A stretch of DNA of 64,000 nt from an uncultured Gammaproteobacteria bacterium (GTDB lineage Bacteria; Patescibacteriota; Microgenomatia; UBA1406; GWC2-37-13), in the NCBI GenBank assembly GCA_964387955.1, contig CAYLXX010000001.1:11993-75992 (forward strand), written 5' to 3'. Made by a program: the position numbers and the translations under genes. The notes under the pieces were generated by a model, which saw only the letters and a list, made by a program, of their open reading frames with translations, was not told the DNA's origin and made no database searches. Every line of letters starts with the position of its first letter. The stretch's first letter is position 1. Below are positions 9,774 to 19,877 of this stretch, piece after piece.

Positions 9774-12233
9774 ATGGCATTCTTAGTTAAATCTTCATCT
9801 AATCAAACTTTGCCTATAGTCGCTGTCCGTGAGGGCATTGTTTTCCCCAATACCGAGAATATGTTAGTCTTTGGCCGCAAGAAAAGCATTGATGCAGTCA
9901 ACGACGCTCTTCAAAAAGACAAAAAAATAGTCCTTGTGATGCAGAAAAACCCTACGCTCGATGACCCTCAACCAAATGATTTATTTAAAATTGGCGTCAT
10001 TGCCACTATAGAGAAGACTGTGTTGGGCGATAAGGGTGAGGTGAATGCCTTAGTGAAGGGTAAGGAGAAAGTCGAAATAATTGAATTCACCAAGGAGACA
10101 CCATTTTTTATAGGTACTGTACAACCAGTTGACGATGAAGATATAGATACCGAAGAAATACAAGCCATGGTGAAACATATTTCTTCCCAAGTCAAACGGG
10201 CAATTAATTTAGGCAAACCGGTTGATTTCGTTTTCCTCATGAATATTTTAAATATCGGCTCAGCCCGTGATTTTTCGTATCAGGTAGCGATGGTACTTGA
10301 TCTGAAAGGTCAAGAGCGACAAGGACTTCTTGAAGAAGGCGGTTTGAAGAAAAGATTGACGCTTGAGGTAGATTATATCAATAGAGAAATAAAAATTCTC
10401 GAAATTGAGCAAAATATTTCGGCCAAAACTCAGCAAAAATTTGAGCGAGGCATGAAAGAGACATTTTTACGTGAAAAAATGAAAACTATCGAAGAAGAAT
10501 TGGGCGGCGAAGGTGAGGAAAAAGAATTAGATGAGTATGATAGCAAAATTCGTGCGGCTCACATGCCCAAAGATGTCGAGGAAAAAGCCTATAAAGAATT
10601 AAAGCGGCTTACCCAGATGTCTCAATTCAATCCAGAAGCTTCATATATTCGTACCTACCTTGATTGGCTAGTTGAATTGCCATGGGCCATACCTACCGCA
10701 ACTGCCATTGATATCAAAGAAGCCGAAAAAGTCTTAGACGAGGACCACTTTGGACTTAAAAAGGTCAAAGAGCGCATTCTTGAGTATCTTGCAGTCGTCG
10801 AACTTCGTAAACTCAAGGAAAAAACTGGCGCCAAAGATCTCAAAAAGAAAAAAGAGCAACAACCAACAATTTTGTGTTTCATCGGGCCTCCTGGAGTCGG
10901 TAAAACATCTCTTGGCCGCTCAATCGCTCGCGCACTGGGTCGAAAGTTTGTAAAGATTTCACTCGGCGGTATACGTGACGAAGCCGAGATTCGCGGTCAT
11001 AGACGCACCTATGTCGGTGCACTTCCTGGACGAATTGTACAAGGTATTAAGCAAGCAGGCACAAAAAATCCTGTTTTTATGCTTGATGAAATTGATAAAG
11101 TCGGTAAAGATTACCGTGGCGATCCCACAGCCGCTCTTCTTGAAACCTTAGATCCTGAGCAGAATCACTCATTTTCAGATCACTATCTTGAAGTGCCGTA
11201 TGATTTATCAGAAGTATTTTTTATAACTACTGCCAATATTTTAGATACGATTCCCGAAGCCTTGCTGGATAGACTTGAGGTTATACACTTTGCCGGTTAT
11301 ACGGAAGACGAAAAGTTTAATATCGCCAAAAATTACTTGGTTAGAAAACAGACTGAAGCGCATGGATTATCCACAGAGGACCTTAAAATTACAGATGAAG
11401 CCTTGAAACTTATGATTCGCCGTTATACACGCGAAGCAGGCGTACGTAACTTAGAGCGACAGGTTGCAACAACTGCCCGTAAAGTGGCCCGAGAGATTCT
11501 TGAAGAAGTTAAAGGTGGTAAAAAATATATCAAAAAAAACGTGACTGAGACTACAGTACCGAAATATCTTGGACCATACAAGTATTCCTCTTCTATGCTT
11601 GAAGAGAAAAATGCCGTAGGTATTTCTACCGGGCTGGCGTGGACACAAGCAGGCGGAGATATACTATTTATTGAAGTTGCTATTATGCCGGGTAAAGGAC
11701 AATTGGTTCTTACCGGGCAGCTTGGCGATGTGATGAAAGAGTCGGGCCAAGCTGCCCTCTCCTATGTGAGGTCAAAATGGAATCAATTTGGACTATCTGA
11801 GAAATTTTTCCAAAAAATAGATATTCATGTCCATGTTCCAGAAGGCGCTGTGCCTAAAGATGGACCATCGGCAGGTCTTGCAATAACTACCGCTATGGTT
11901 TCTGCCCTTACCAAAACTCCCATCAAGCGTGATGTGGCGATGACAGGCGAAGTTACTCTGCGCGGTCGAGCACTTGAGATCGGTGGAGTCAAAGAAAAAG
12001 TTATTGCAGCCCATAGAGCCCAGATTAAAACGATTATTTTACCTCTGGAGAATAAAAAAGATCTCGAAGACATACCTAAATATGTCCTTGACGATTTACA
12101 TTTCGTATTTGTTAGCCATGTGGACGATGTATTGAAAGTAGCCTTAGCGTATGCTCCCAACAAACCGCATTTTCCATTACTCACAAGACAATTCGCTACT
12201 ATAAAAAAAGAAGAAAACGGTTTACACAACTAA
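9774..12233 (+). CDS. lon: ATP-dependent Lon protease
   Basis: LON N-domain, Walker A GPPGVGKTS, Walker B MLDEIDK, catalytic PKDGPSAG. I chose the ATG at 9774 because the track TTG at 9738 is the -35 box. Confidence 0.9.
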   Translation: MAFLVKSSSNQTLPIVAVREGIVFPNTENMLVFGRKKSIDAVNDALQKDKKIVLVMQKNPTLDDPQPNDLFKIGVIATIEKTVLGDKGEVNALVKGKEKVEIIEFTKETPFFIGTVQPVDDEDIDTEEIQAMVKHISSQVKRAINLGKPVDFVFLMNILNIGSARDFSYQVAMVLDLKGQERQGLLEEGGLKKRLTLEVDYINREIKILEIEQNISAKTQQKFERGMKETFLREKMKTIEEELGGEGEEKELDEYDSKIRAAHMPKDVEEKAYKELKRLTQMSQFNPEASYIRTYLDWLVELPWAIPTATAIDIKEAEKVLDEDHFGLKKVKERILEYLAVVELRKLKEKTGAKDLKKKKEQQPTILCFIGPPGVGKTSLGRSIARALGRKFVKISLGGIRDEAEIRGHRRTYVGALPGRIVQGIKQAGTKNPVFMLDEIDKVGKDYRGDPTAALLETLDPEQNHSFSDHYLEVPYDLSEVFFITTANILDTIPEALLDRLEVIHFAGYTEDEKFNIAKNYLVRKQTEAHGLSTEDLKITDEALKLMIRRYTREAGVRNLERQVATTARKVAREILEEVKGGKKYIKKNVTETTVPKYLGPYKYSSSMLEEKNAVGISTGLAWTQAGGDILFIEVAIMPGKGQLVLTGQLGDVMKESGQAALSYVRSKWNQFGLSEKFFQKIDIHVHVPEGAVPKDGPSAGLAITTAMVSALTKTPIKRDVAMTGEVTLRGRALEIGGVKEKVIAAHRAQIKTIILPLENKKDLEDIPKYVLDDLHFVFVSHVDDVLKVALAYAPNKPHFPLLTRQFATIKKEENGLHN

Positions 12234-12234
12234 T

Positions 12235-12483
12235 ATGGAGATTCCAGCAGGCTGGTCGCTCAAGGATAACACCATAGAGAAAGAATTTACATTTAAAAAC
12301 TTCAAAGAGGCTCTCGATTTTGTCAATAAAGTAGGGGAACTTGCAGAGTCAGTTAATCATCACCCCGATATTTTTCTTCATAATTGGCGCAATGTTACTC
12401 TTTCATTAACCACTCACAACGCAGGACATCTTACAGAAAAAGATACGATATTAGCTGAGAAAGTTAATGTCTTAAACCCGTAA
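12235..12483 (+). CDS. pterin-4-alpha-carbinolamine dehydratase / DCoH family protein
   Basis: 82 aa with FKNFKEALDFVNKVGELAE..NHHPD, the family pattern. Confidence 0.8.
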   Translation: MEIPAGWSLKDNTIEKEFTFKNFKEALDFVNKVGELAESVNHHPDIFLHNWRNVTLSLTTHNAGHLTEKDTILAEKVNVLNP

Positions 12484-13464
12484 CTTAAGAAAAATTCCTC
12501 TAAACTTGTGAGCAGTGTTATAGAGTTTATATAAAGTTGAGTTAATCACAAGGTCATAGCTGCCGACAAATTCTACAAATTCAGTGCCGTAACCTTCTTT
12601 AAATCTTGTAAACCCTGACCAAGGATTTTTTTGGTCATATGAAGCGGGGAGAGAGCCCCACATGTCAAATGTTTTAGCACCTAATTTTTTGCCAAGTAGA
12701 ATTGTTTCCCACATGATGAGGTTTGAGGCCATCAAATTACGGTGAAGATCTGAAGTACCGCCATACGGGTAATACAAGACGTCGTTAAAGTGAAAAAGTT
12801 CATAAGCGGCTAGGGGAGTATTTTCATAATAGGCAATGAGAATATGGGCAATATTTTTTTTCATACTTTCCCACACTATCTTGTGATAATGGTGATTATG
12901 ACCGTGATATTTTTGTCTTTTGGTAGTTTCGAAATACAATTTCGCAAATGTTTCAAAGCCTTTGTCGTTTGATTCTTCACGTACAACAACGCCTTTTTTT
13001 TGAGCAAGTTTAATATTGTATCGTGTTTTTGATTTACAATTTTTTAAGAGTATTTCTTCGGAAGGTGCCAAATCGAGCATTTGGGTCCAAGCCGGAAAAA
13101 GAGGATGAGATGAAGTAACAAGTCCAGCTGGAATTGCATGTTTAAAATCCTGTTTTTTAATATATGGTTCAAGTTTCACGAAGATTGCTTGCTCTTTTTT
13201 GGCTATATCTTTTATAAACTCGAGTGCGTCTTGAGTGGGAAATTCGGATCGGGGTACGTAGCCTATGGTGTAGTGGGTATAGGGGATTTTGTGAAATGTC
13301 ATCTGGTTAACATGTTGCAATGTATCCCCTTTGAATTCCCCTATTCGCAACACTTTTATTCCAAGAGCTCTTTTGGATTCTCCCCACTCCCACGACTGCA
13401 CCGGATTGACAGAAACTTCATTAAACTCTGTAGGATTGAAATCGTCGGGAATAATTTTTATCAT
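12472..13464 (-). CDS. FemAB-family peptidoglycan interpeptide-bridge aminoacyltransferase
   Basis: About 330 aa with two GNAT-like halves. The C-terminal NLIMWETILLGKKLGAKTFDMWG resembles FemX/FemAB. The ATG at 13464 forms an ATGA overlap with the upstream GT4 stop. Confidence 0.7.
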   Translation of the reverse strand: MIKIIPDDFNPTEFNEVSVNPVQSWEWGESKRALGIKVLRIGEFKGDTLQHVNQMTFHKIPYTHYTIGYVPRSEFPTQDALEFIKDIAKKEQAIFVKLEPYIKKQDFKHAIPAGLVTSSHPLFPAWTQMLDLAPSEEILLKNCKSKTRYNIKLAQKKGVVVREESNDKGFETFAKLYFETTKRQKYHGHNHHYHKIVWESMKKNIAHILIAYYENTPLAAYELFHFNDVLYYPYGGTSDLHRNLMASNLIMWETILLGKKLGAKTFDMWGSLPASYDQKNPWSGFTRFKEGYGTEFVEFVGSYDLVINSTLYKLYNTAHKFRGIFLKLRV

Positions 13465-14564
13465 ACGTTTTTGATCACTTTTAACGTCTGCTCGGCGCAC
13501 TTGTTCCATGAATAGAGAGCAGTACGATCCTTACCTTTTTTGATTAGTTCATTGCGTAATTTTTTATTTTTTAAAGATTCAAGGTCCTCGACTAAACCAT
13601 GAGGTTTCTCAGGATCAAAATAGACACACGCGTCTCCTCCAACTTCGGCCAGACTTGAAGTAAACGATGAAATAACTGGGCAACTATACGACATCGCCTC
13701 AAGTAATGGTACCCCAAATCCTTCATACAATGATGGCAAGACAAAGCAATAAGCATTTTTGTATAGAGTGACTACATCTTCATCTGGTAAGTAATTGGAA
13801 AAAATAATCTGATCAGTTAGTCCACTCTTTTGAGCTTTATCAAAAATCGAGTCATACAACCAACCTTTTTTACCTACAATTACCAGTTTCATATTCTGAT
13901 TTTCTTTATGAAATTTTGTGAAAGCCTCAATGAGCACGGGTACATTTTTTCTCGGTTGTAAAGTTCCTACGTACAATATATATTTTTCTTTTTTCAGATT
14001 GAATTTAGAACTTACTTTCGACCAGGGAGTTTCGCCGACGGTTTTTTTTTCGAAGCCATTGTAGACCACCGTAATTTTATTTGGCGGCACTTGATAAAAT
14101 TTCATCAGGTCCTTTTTGGTATTTTCAGATACTGCAATCACTTGTTTGGCATGATCGACTGAATATTTCGTCCAATTTTTAAGTTTGAATAAATCTTTTT
14201 TTAAAAATTCATCTGGGTAATAAAAATAGGCTAGATCATGAATGGTGACGATCAATGGCACAGGGCAAAATCGCGGCGAGTAATGCGCTGGTGAAAAAAA
14301 CGCATCAATTCCCCGGATAAAGTTAAGATTTAATGGTAAAAAAAATTGACTCCAAAGTTTGGGTCCTTTAACAACTTTATATTTATAGAACTCGTTTTCT
14401 TTTGGTAAATCTTCATGGGGTGATTCGCGCAGATAAACATTAAATTGTGTTTGGTTGTTCGCTCTATTTTGAAAATAAGACAGTAGATTATATGTATAGA
14501 CCGAGACTCCGACTTTTTGTTCGACATTGGCATCATTGCCGTCAACTCCGATTACCATAGACAT
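13461..14564 (-). CDS. glycosyltransferase family 4
   Basis: GT-B fold signature PSLYEGFGVPLLEAMSYSCPVISS. The start is ambiguous between 14594, 14564 and 14558. Confidence 0.8.
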   Translation of the reverse strand: MSMVIGVDGNDANVEQKVGVSVYTYNLLSYFQNRANNQTQFNVYLRESPHEDLPKENEFYKYKVVKGPKLWSQFFLPLNLNFIRGIDAFFSPAHYSPRFCPVPLIVTIHDLAYFYYPDEFLKKDLFKLKNWTKYSVDHAKQVIAVSENTKKDLMKFYQVPPNKITVVYNGFEKKTVGETPWSKVSSKFNLKKEKYILYVGTLQPRKNVPVLIEAFTKFHKENQNMKLVIVGKKGWLYDSIFDKAQKSGLTDQIIFSNYLPDEDVVTLYKNAYCFVLPSLYEGFGVPLLEAMSYSCPVISSFTSSLAEVGGDACVYFDPEKPHGLVEDLESLKNKKLRNELIKKGKDRTALYSWNKCAEQTLKVIKNV

Positions 14565-15666
14565 TTTCAAAAATACTAATAAGCTGCTTGGCAAAATGCT
14601 TTCCCGAAAATTCCTCAGCTCGTTTATAACCTTTGTTAATTAAAGCTTTTCGCAGTTTTTCATTTAAGTAGAGTTTAGTCAATGCTTTCTCAATGTCTTT
14701 TTCAGATTCGGGATCAAATAGTACACCATAGCCGTCGGCGATTTCTTTCAGCGATGAAGTGTTTGAGGTTGCTACTGGACATCCATACGCCATAGCCTCT
14801 ACCACAGGGTACCCAAATCCCTCATAAAGAGAAGGATAGATGAAAAATAAAGCATTTTGATATAGTTGAGATAGTTGCTTATCTTCTGCATAGCCTAAAA
14901 ACTTGATATTCTGCGCTGTATTTGATGGTAATTCTTCTCCCCAGCCCTGCGCGCCAACAATATATAGGTCAATTGGTAACTTGGCATCTATAAAAGCATT
15001 AATGAGTCGCTTGATATTTTTTCTTGGCTGCAAAGTACCGACTGTCAAGATGTATGGTTTATCAGCGATCTTTTTTTCCTCTGGAAAAACGGTAACTTCG
15101 ACAGCAGGATAAACCACCACCAGTTTATTTTTAGGAATTTTAAGGAGTTCTTCCACATCTTCTCTCGTTGCATGTGAGTCACAAATAATGAGATTACTCT
15201 CTTTTCGCACATAATCTAATTTCCTTTTTTGGTTAGCTACGATATTCGCACTGATTTGCATCCTACTTAATTTAAATTCAGTAGTGTCGTGTGATGTTTC
15301 AGGAAATCTAAACGCCGCTAAATCATGAATGGTGGTAATTTTTTTGGCTTTAGCAGTAGGAGGCTCGGTCCAATCAGAAGTGAAAACTATATCGACATCG
15401 CCCACAAATCGTTCGATAGGTAGTTTGTGCCATTTATTCCACAAGAGATCAAGTGCTGTGGGAGGTAGGGGAAATTGGCGCAGTGTATGTTTTTGGATGA
15501 TGAGTTTGCGTATTTTCTCTGGAATGGGTTTTCTGAGAGATGAATAAAAAAACACATATCTATTTTTATCGTCATATTTGATCAAAGATTCAACTAGGTT
15601 TTGTGTATAGCGAGCAACTCCAGTGCCTTGATAGGAAAGTTGTGAAATATCGATGGCAATTTTCAT
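14542..15666 (-). CDS. glycosyltransferase family 4
   Basis: PSLYEGFGYPVVEAMAYGCPVATS motif. 374 aa. Confidence 0.8.
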   Translation of the reverse strand: MKIAIDISQLSYQGTGVARYTQNLVESLIKYDDKNRYVFFYSSLRKPIPEKIRKLIIQKHTLRQFPLPPTALDLLWNKWHKLPIERFVGDVDIVFTSDWTEPPTAKAKKITTIHDLAAFRFPETSHDTTEFKLSRMQISANIVANQKRKLDYVRKESNLIICDSHATREDVEELLKIPKNKLVVVYPAVEVTVFPEEKKIADKPYILTVGTLQPRKNIKRLINAFIDAKLPIDLYIVGAQGWGEELPSNTAQNIKFLGYAEDKQLSQLYQNALFFIYPSLYEGFGYPVVEAMAYGCPVATSNTSSLKEIADGYGVLFDPESEKDIEKALTKLYLNEKLRKALINKGYKRAEEFSGKHFAKQLISIFENVYGNRS

Positions 15667-16853
15667 GATTTCCTAATTGTGCGGTACACAACTTCCAACT
15701 GTTTGGAAATTGCTCCCCAACTGTAATTGGCTTTTACATGTTCAAAAGCATTTTTTCGAAGTCTTTCATATAATTTTCTGTCGACTAAGATTTTCTGGAT
15801 CTGGTTGACAAATTCCTCTGCATTGTTGGCCACCAAAACTTGTTGATTATTGGTTACTTGCAATCCTTCGATACCTGTTTGAGTAGAAATAACCGGTAAA
15901 CCAGAAGCCATAGCTGTTAAAATCTTTAGTCTAGTACCACCTGGCCCGTAAATGGGCGCAATAAATAAGGTACTTGATTCATAAAAATGCTCGACTGATT
16001 TGACATCATTGGGTTTGATATCAACGATCTCTACATTATTATGACTTTTGAGTCGCGCCGCTTTTTGACCTGCGATGACTACTCGACAATCGGGCAATCG
16101 TTTTTCCAGGAGTGGGTAAATTTTTTTAGTCAAATATTCAGCCGCTTCGATATTTTGCAGCCAGGAAAAATTACCCATGAAAAGAAGTGTTGGTTTATCG
16201 AAATTTTTTTTAGGAAACGGCCAAATAAACATTTCATCTGCTGCACCATTGGGGATAACGACTGTGGGAATATCGGGTTCGACTTTGGTAAGAAGATTTT
16301 TATCGGCCTGCGAAACTGTCGCGACCATACTTGCCTTTTTCCAGTACAGGCGCTCCCAATATTTAAGCTTAATTATGTCATGATAAAATAAAGGTCGCAC
16401 CAAAAGCGACAATGAATCAACAAAATGTTGATAGACTTTGTACTCAATTGTTTGTTCAACAAGAAGTGTCGGGACTGCGGTTTTGGGTAAATGCGGCATT
16501 ACATAAAATGTTTCTGCATGGATAACGTCAAAATACTCTTCTTTAAGAAGCCTTTCGAGAAGATTTTTTGCTTCCTCAGAAAAGTTGCGAACAACAAGAA
16601 AAGGTTCGGCAGTCAGCGTGGCTTTGGCAATAATGCTTGGCTGCCAAGGTTTGCCAGGGCGCTTACATAAATAGACTTTATTACAAAAAGCTTTGAGGTA
16701 TGAGGCGTATTTTTTTTCAGCGGGATCTTTGTATAAGGCGATCAACGTAATTTCGTGATTTTTGCTTAAGTTACGGAGCAGATTAAGTGTCCGAATTTGT
16801 CCGCCAGATGCTGGAGGATAGGGTAGGTACGGCGTCAGCATGAGAATCTTCAT
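15663..16853 (-). CDS. glycosyltransferase family 4-like (GT-B)
   Basis: 396 aa. N-terminus PYLPYPPASGGQIRT and C-terminus GGTRLKILTAMASGLPVIST. ATGA-type overlap with neighbours. Confidence 0.75.
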   Translation of the reverse strand: MKILMLTPYLPYPPASGGQIRTLNLLRNLSKNHEITLIALYKDPAEKKYASYLKAFCNKVYLCKRPGKPWQPSIIAKATLTAEPFLVVRNFSEEAKNLLERLLKEEYFDVIHAETFYVMPHLPKTAVPTLLVEQTIEYKVYQHFVDSLSLLVRPLFYHDIIKLKYWERLYWKKASMVATVSQADKNLLTKVEPDIPTVVIPNGAADEMFIWPFPKKNFDKPTLLFMGNFSWLQNIEAAEYLTKKIYPLLEKRLPDCRVVIAGQKAARLKSHNNVEIVDIKPNDVKSVEHFYESSTLFIAPIYGPGGTRLKILTAMASGLPVISTQTGIEGLQVTNNQQVLVANNAEEFVNQIQKILVDRKLYERLRKNAFEHVKANYSWGAISKQLEVVYRTIRKS

Positions 16854-18319
16854 AGCTTGAACAAGGCGAATTTGTCGTTCTCAAACACTACCTGAAAATC
16901 TGTTTCTCGCTTAACAGCGGCAATGACATCGCCATTCATGGTCACAAAATAATTGTAGCCTTTGGTTTTGAGTTCAGGCAAGCTTTTAAAAACAGCTGGT
17001 GCTCCGCGGCGATCAGCTAAATAAAGCAAGGTAGTATCCCCAGTCGTATCTGTGACAATCAAATCAGAGCGAGTAGTGAGAGTATTGATGATACGGGCGA
17101 TATTGACCTGATCGCCGCCATAACTATAGTTGTCCTTAATTCTCTGATAAGACACGACCATCGAAAAAAGCATAATGGCAAAAATCGCAGGATACAATAC
17201 AAGAGGAGGCAAAAAAGTTCGAGGCACGCTCAGTACGAGTGAAACACCTACACCAACAAATATAGCAATCGCCGGGAAAATGAGAGTTTGATAATACTCA
17301 TGCTGGACATTGCCTCCTTGAAAAACGAAAACATATAGCATAGAAGCCGCTAAAATAAAGTGCAAAAATAATCGTTTCTGTTTGACCAAAACGCCAAGTA
17401 TGAAAAAAACTGTCGTAAATCCGCCAAGAATCAAATTATTAATTCTTTCAAAAAAGATCCAGCGAAAAAAAGCCGGTCTGAAAAAAATATTTTGCAGTCC
17501 TTGAGGTGTATTAACACTTGTGATCAACCAATCAGAGGCCGGTACTCCTTCTGGATAGGCGCTGATATACTTTCTCCAAAGCAGTAAAGGTACAATCGAT
17601 ACGAGAGCAAAAATATAAGTTCGAAAATCTTTTACAAGCCCCAACTTGAATTTTTTATAAAAAAGGTACGCAAGCACTAATCCAAAAAATATCGTTGTCG
17701 GCTTCACAAGCAGTGCCGCCGAAAAACATACCGCAGCCAGTATCATAAAAACTGTATCTTTGAGGAAAGTTTTTCTGTCGTCGAAGGCCACTTTATACAT
17801 GAGAAATATTGCCACAAACGCCAGCATCGTCGCCATGCTCTCAGGGAGCACAATCCGTGAATAAAATACAAAAAACGGGAATAATGAGTAGGTGAGCGCT
17901 CCTGCAATTGCAGCTTTACGATCGACCTCTTCTTTTAAAAAATAATACACAATGGCGATGATGATAAGCGACGATACAGCAGTAACTAGTCTTCCCCACA
18001 CATGTACTTCGTAGAACGGGAATAGCTTATAAAGAAAGCCAAATATGGCGTTATATAGTGGGAATTCGACAAAGCGCAAGCCTTGAGGGTTGTCTTTGCC
18101 AGTCTCAATCGGCGACACGTCATCATACTGAGGTTTTAGCAAATTAAAGCCATCACGGGCAAAATTACGCGCGACTGCGGCTGTATCTGATTGTCGCCAG
18201 GAGTGGAAATCTGTCAGTGGTTTATTGATTTGGTAAAGACGGGCGGCGAGGGCAACAACGAGGATAATTGTCAAAATAAATATATCTATTCTGTTGAATC
18301 GTTCTGACTTTTTTTTCAT
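16850..18319 (-). CDS. PMT/ArnT-like (GT39/GT83-type) polyprenyl-phosphate-sugar dependent membrane glycosyltransferase
   Basis: 489 aa and multi-TM. The first loop, DFHSWRQSDTAAVARNF, is typical of this GT-C family. Confidence 0.7.
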   Translation of the reverse strand: MKKKSERFNRIDIFILTIILVVALAARLYQINKPLTDFHSWRQSDTAAVARNFARDGFNLLKPQYDDVSPIETGKDNPQGLRFVEFPLYNAIFGFLYKLFPFYEVHVWGRLVTAVSSLIIIAIVYYFLKEEVDRKAAIAGALTYSLFPFFVFYSRIVLPESMATMLAFVAIFLMYKVAFDDRKTFLKDTVFMILAAVCFSAALLVKPTTIFFGLVLAYLFYKKFKLGLVKDFRTYIFALVSIVPLLLWRKYISAYPEGVPASDWLITSVNTPQGLQNIFFRPAFFRWIFFERINNLILGGFTTVFFILGVLVKQKRLFLHFILAASMLYVFVFQGGNVQHEYYQTLIFPAIAIFVGVGVSLVLSVPRTFLPPLVLYPAIFAIMLFSMVVSYQRIKDNYSYGGDQVNIARIINTLTTRSDLIVTDTTGDTTLLYLADRRGAPAVFKSLPELKTKGYNYFVTMNGDVIAAVKRETDFQVVFENDKFALFKL

Positions 18320-18329
18320 ATCGGCAATG

Positions 18330-19877
18330 TCATTTTTCCAATTTTTTGGATTTTTGAGTAAGGAGAGTCGTGCTCACTCCAGTATATAAACCTGCAACCA
18401 GCCAGAAGTTATAAGCGACTTTAGAGGCCTCAAAAACATCGATATACAAAGCATTGATAAGCAGCGCGATCACTCCAAAAATAAATCCCTTAAAAATTAG
18501 TCGTTCCTCTGCTTTTAAGCCCTTGGATGCTATGCGTACAAAATTACAGATAGAAAATAGTATCCATAAAAAGATGCTTGTACCAACAAGTCCTGTTTCT
18601 CCTAGCCAGCGTAAGAAATCATTATCTGTCGCCTCGGTAATCGATGATGGGCCGGAGCCGAATACCGGATTATACAAGAAAGCGCCCATGGCTCGCGGCC
18701 ACTCGATTTGCAGGCGGGTAGCACATGAAATATCACAGAGAACACTTTTCTCGGGTTTGATAAATTTAGCAATTTCATTGGCTCTTTTTTCGATTTCCGA
18801 GCCATTGAAAGGTTTACCGCTTCGCTTAGCTTCCTCAACTGCTTCATGTATGGCAGCTGCCTTAATTTCATCGGGAGTAGCAGGCGTGCTATTGGCAGTA
18901 CTATTCTTGGTAATAACTTGTCCGATAATCGGTACTTCATTGAGGTTGTAGCCGCCGGCAGGTAATTCTTTGGTGGAAATTTTTTGGCCAATTTGAGTGG
19001 AGCCGGTTGACTCATTTACATAGACTGTTTTTATTTGGAACAAACTCTGAAAACGCTTTAACATGTCTCCGGTAACCAAAGTTAAAATTACGGTCAAAAC
19101 GAGCACCGCGACAAACATCTTGAATTTTCTTGAGTAAAGTAAAAAAGTGTGTACTGATATAAGGTAGGCGGCAAACGAAGATCGAGCCGCTGTAAATAAC
19201 AAAACGATGATACTTAAAACAAATGTCACAAAGTAACGAACTTGATTGTAAGCAAAATAAAATCCAAGCAGAATGGGCATCGAAAATGTGAGGTACGCAG
19301 CTAAATCAAAATGGCCTCCAAACGTTGAGTTGATGCGGTCTTCTGGATTGAGTATCAGTAATCGTCCGTCAACATAAGCCGGGTTCATCGACTGGATTGA
19401 AGGAAAAGCTAGGAATTTTTGTCCAAAGCCGTAGAGTACCACAAGCAGTATCGTGACCAGATACCACTTCATATACTGCTTAAAATGGTCATCTGTGATA
19501 ACTGCGCTTGAGGCGATAAAAAAGATCACCATATACTGTATGCGGCGGAAACTATGGAGCAGTCCGATGCTGCTCACCGGAATCGTATTTTGGCCATAGT
19601 ACCCGACTATGTACGATGTAAAAACAGCTCCCCAAAACAAGAGAATTGGAATCATAAATTTCGTATTCAGCTTAATTTTTCGTCTGGCCCATTGGATCAA
19701 AAAAATTATCGACATGATCGCTGGCAAAAGATCGTCGATTCTGATATGTATATATGTGTATTCGACGTGCTTAATAGGAAATTTAGGCAAAAGGGAGATA
19801 AGCACGATAAATGCCAAGAGCGAAATGTGGATTAAATTGTCATCAAGCCAGTGTAGCCACTTTATAAGCTTCTTCAT
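18330..19877 (-). CDS. O-antigen ligase / Wzy_C-domain membrane protein
   Basis: 515 aa and polytopic. Contains a TAARSSFAAY motif and a soluble insert of about 130 aa before the last TM helices. Confidence 0.65.
   Translation of the reverse strand: MKKLIKWLHWLDDNLIHISLLAFIVLISLLPKFPIKHVEYTYIHIRIDDLLPAIMSIIFLIQWARRKIKLNTKFMIPILLFWGAVFTSYIVGYYGQNTIPVSSIGLLHSFRRIQYMVIFFIASSAVITDDHFKQYMKWYLVTILLVVLYGFGQKFLAFPSIQSMNPAYVDGRLLILNPEDRINSTFGGHFDLAAYLTFSMPILLGFYFAYNQVRYFVTFVLSIIVLLFTAARSSFAAYLISVHTFLLYSRKFKMFVAVLVLTVILTLVTGDMLKRFQSLFQIKTVYVNESTGSTQIGQKISTKELPAGGYNLNEVPIIGQVITKNSTANSTPATPDEIKAAAIHEAVEEAKRSGKPFNGSEIEKRANEIAKFIKPEKSVLCDISCATRLQIEWPRAMGAFLYNPVFGSGPSSITEATDNDFLRWLGETGLVGTSIFLWILFSICNFVRIASKGLKAEERLIFKGFIFGVIALLINALYIDVFEASKVAYNFWLVAGLYTGVSTTLLTQKSKKLEK

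Noticed and set aside
14042-14050. A/T homopolymer tracts of 8-10 nt inside glycosyltransferase and cell-wall genes (for example T9 at 14042..14050, with others near 12855, 34065, 45615 and 61690) as possible phase-variation switches
   Set aside because: Such tracts are common throughout this AT-rich sequence. They mostly encode Lys or Phe runs, and every ORF is intact. There is no evidence of slipped-strand variants from a single sequence.
18454-19015. Overlapping ORFs of 165 aa (plus strand) and 137 aa (minus strand, other frame) inside the O-antigen-ligase-like gene
   Set aside because: Both lie within the hydrophilic insert of a continuous 515-aa membrane protein ORF. There are no independent start signals, so I treat them as alternative-frame noise.
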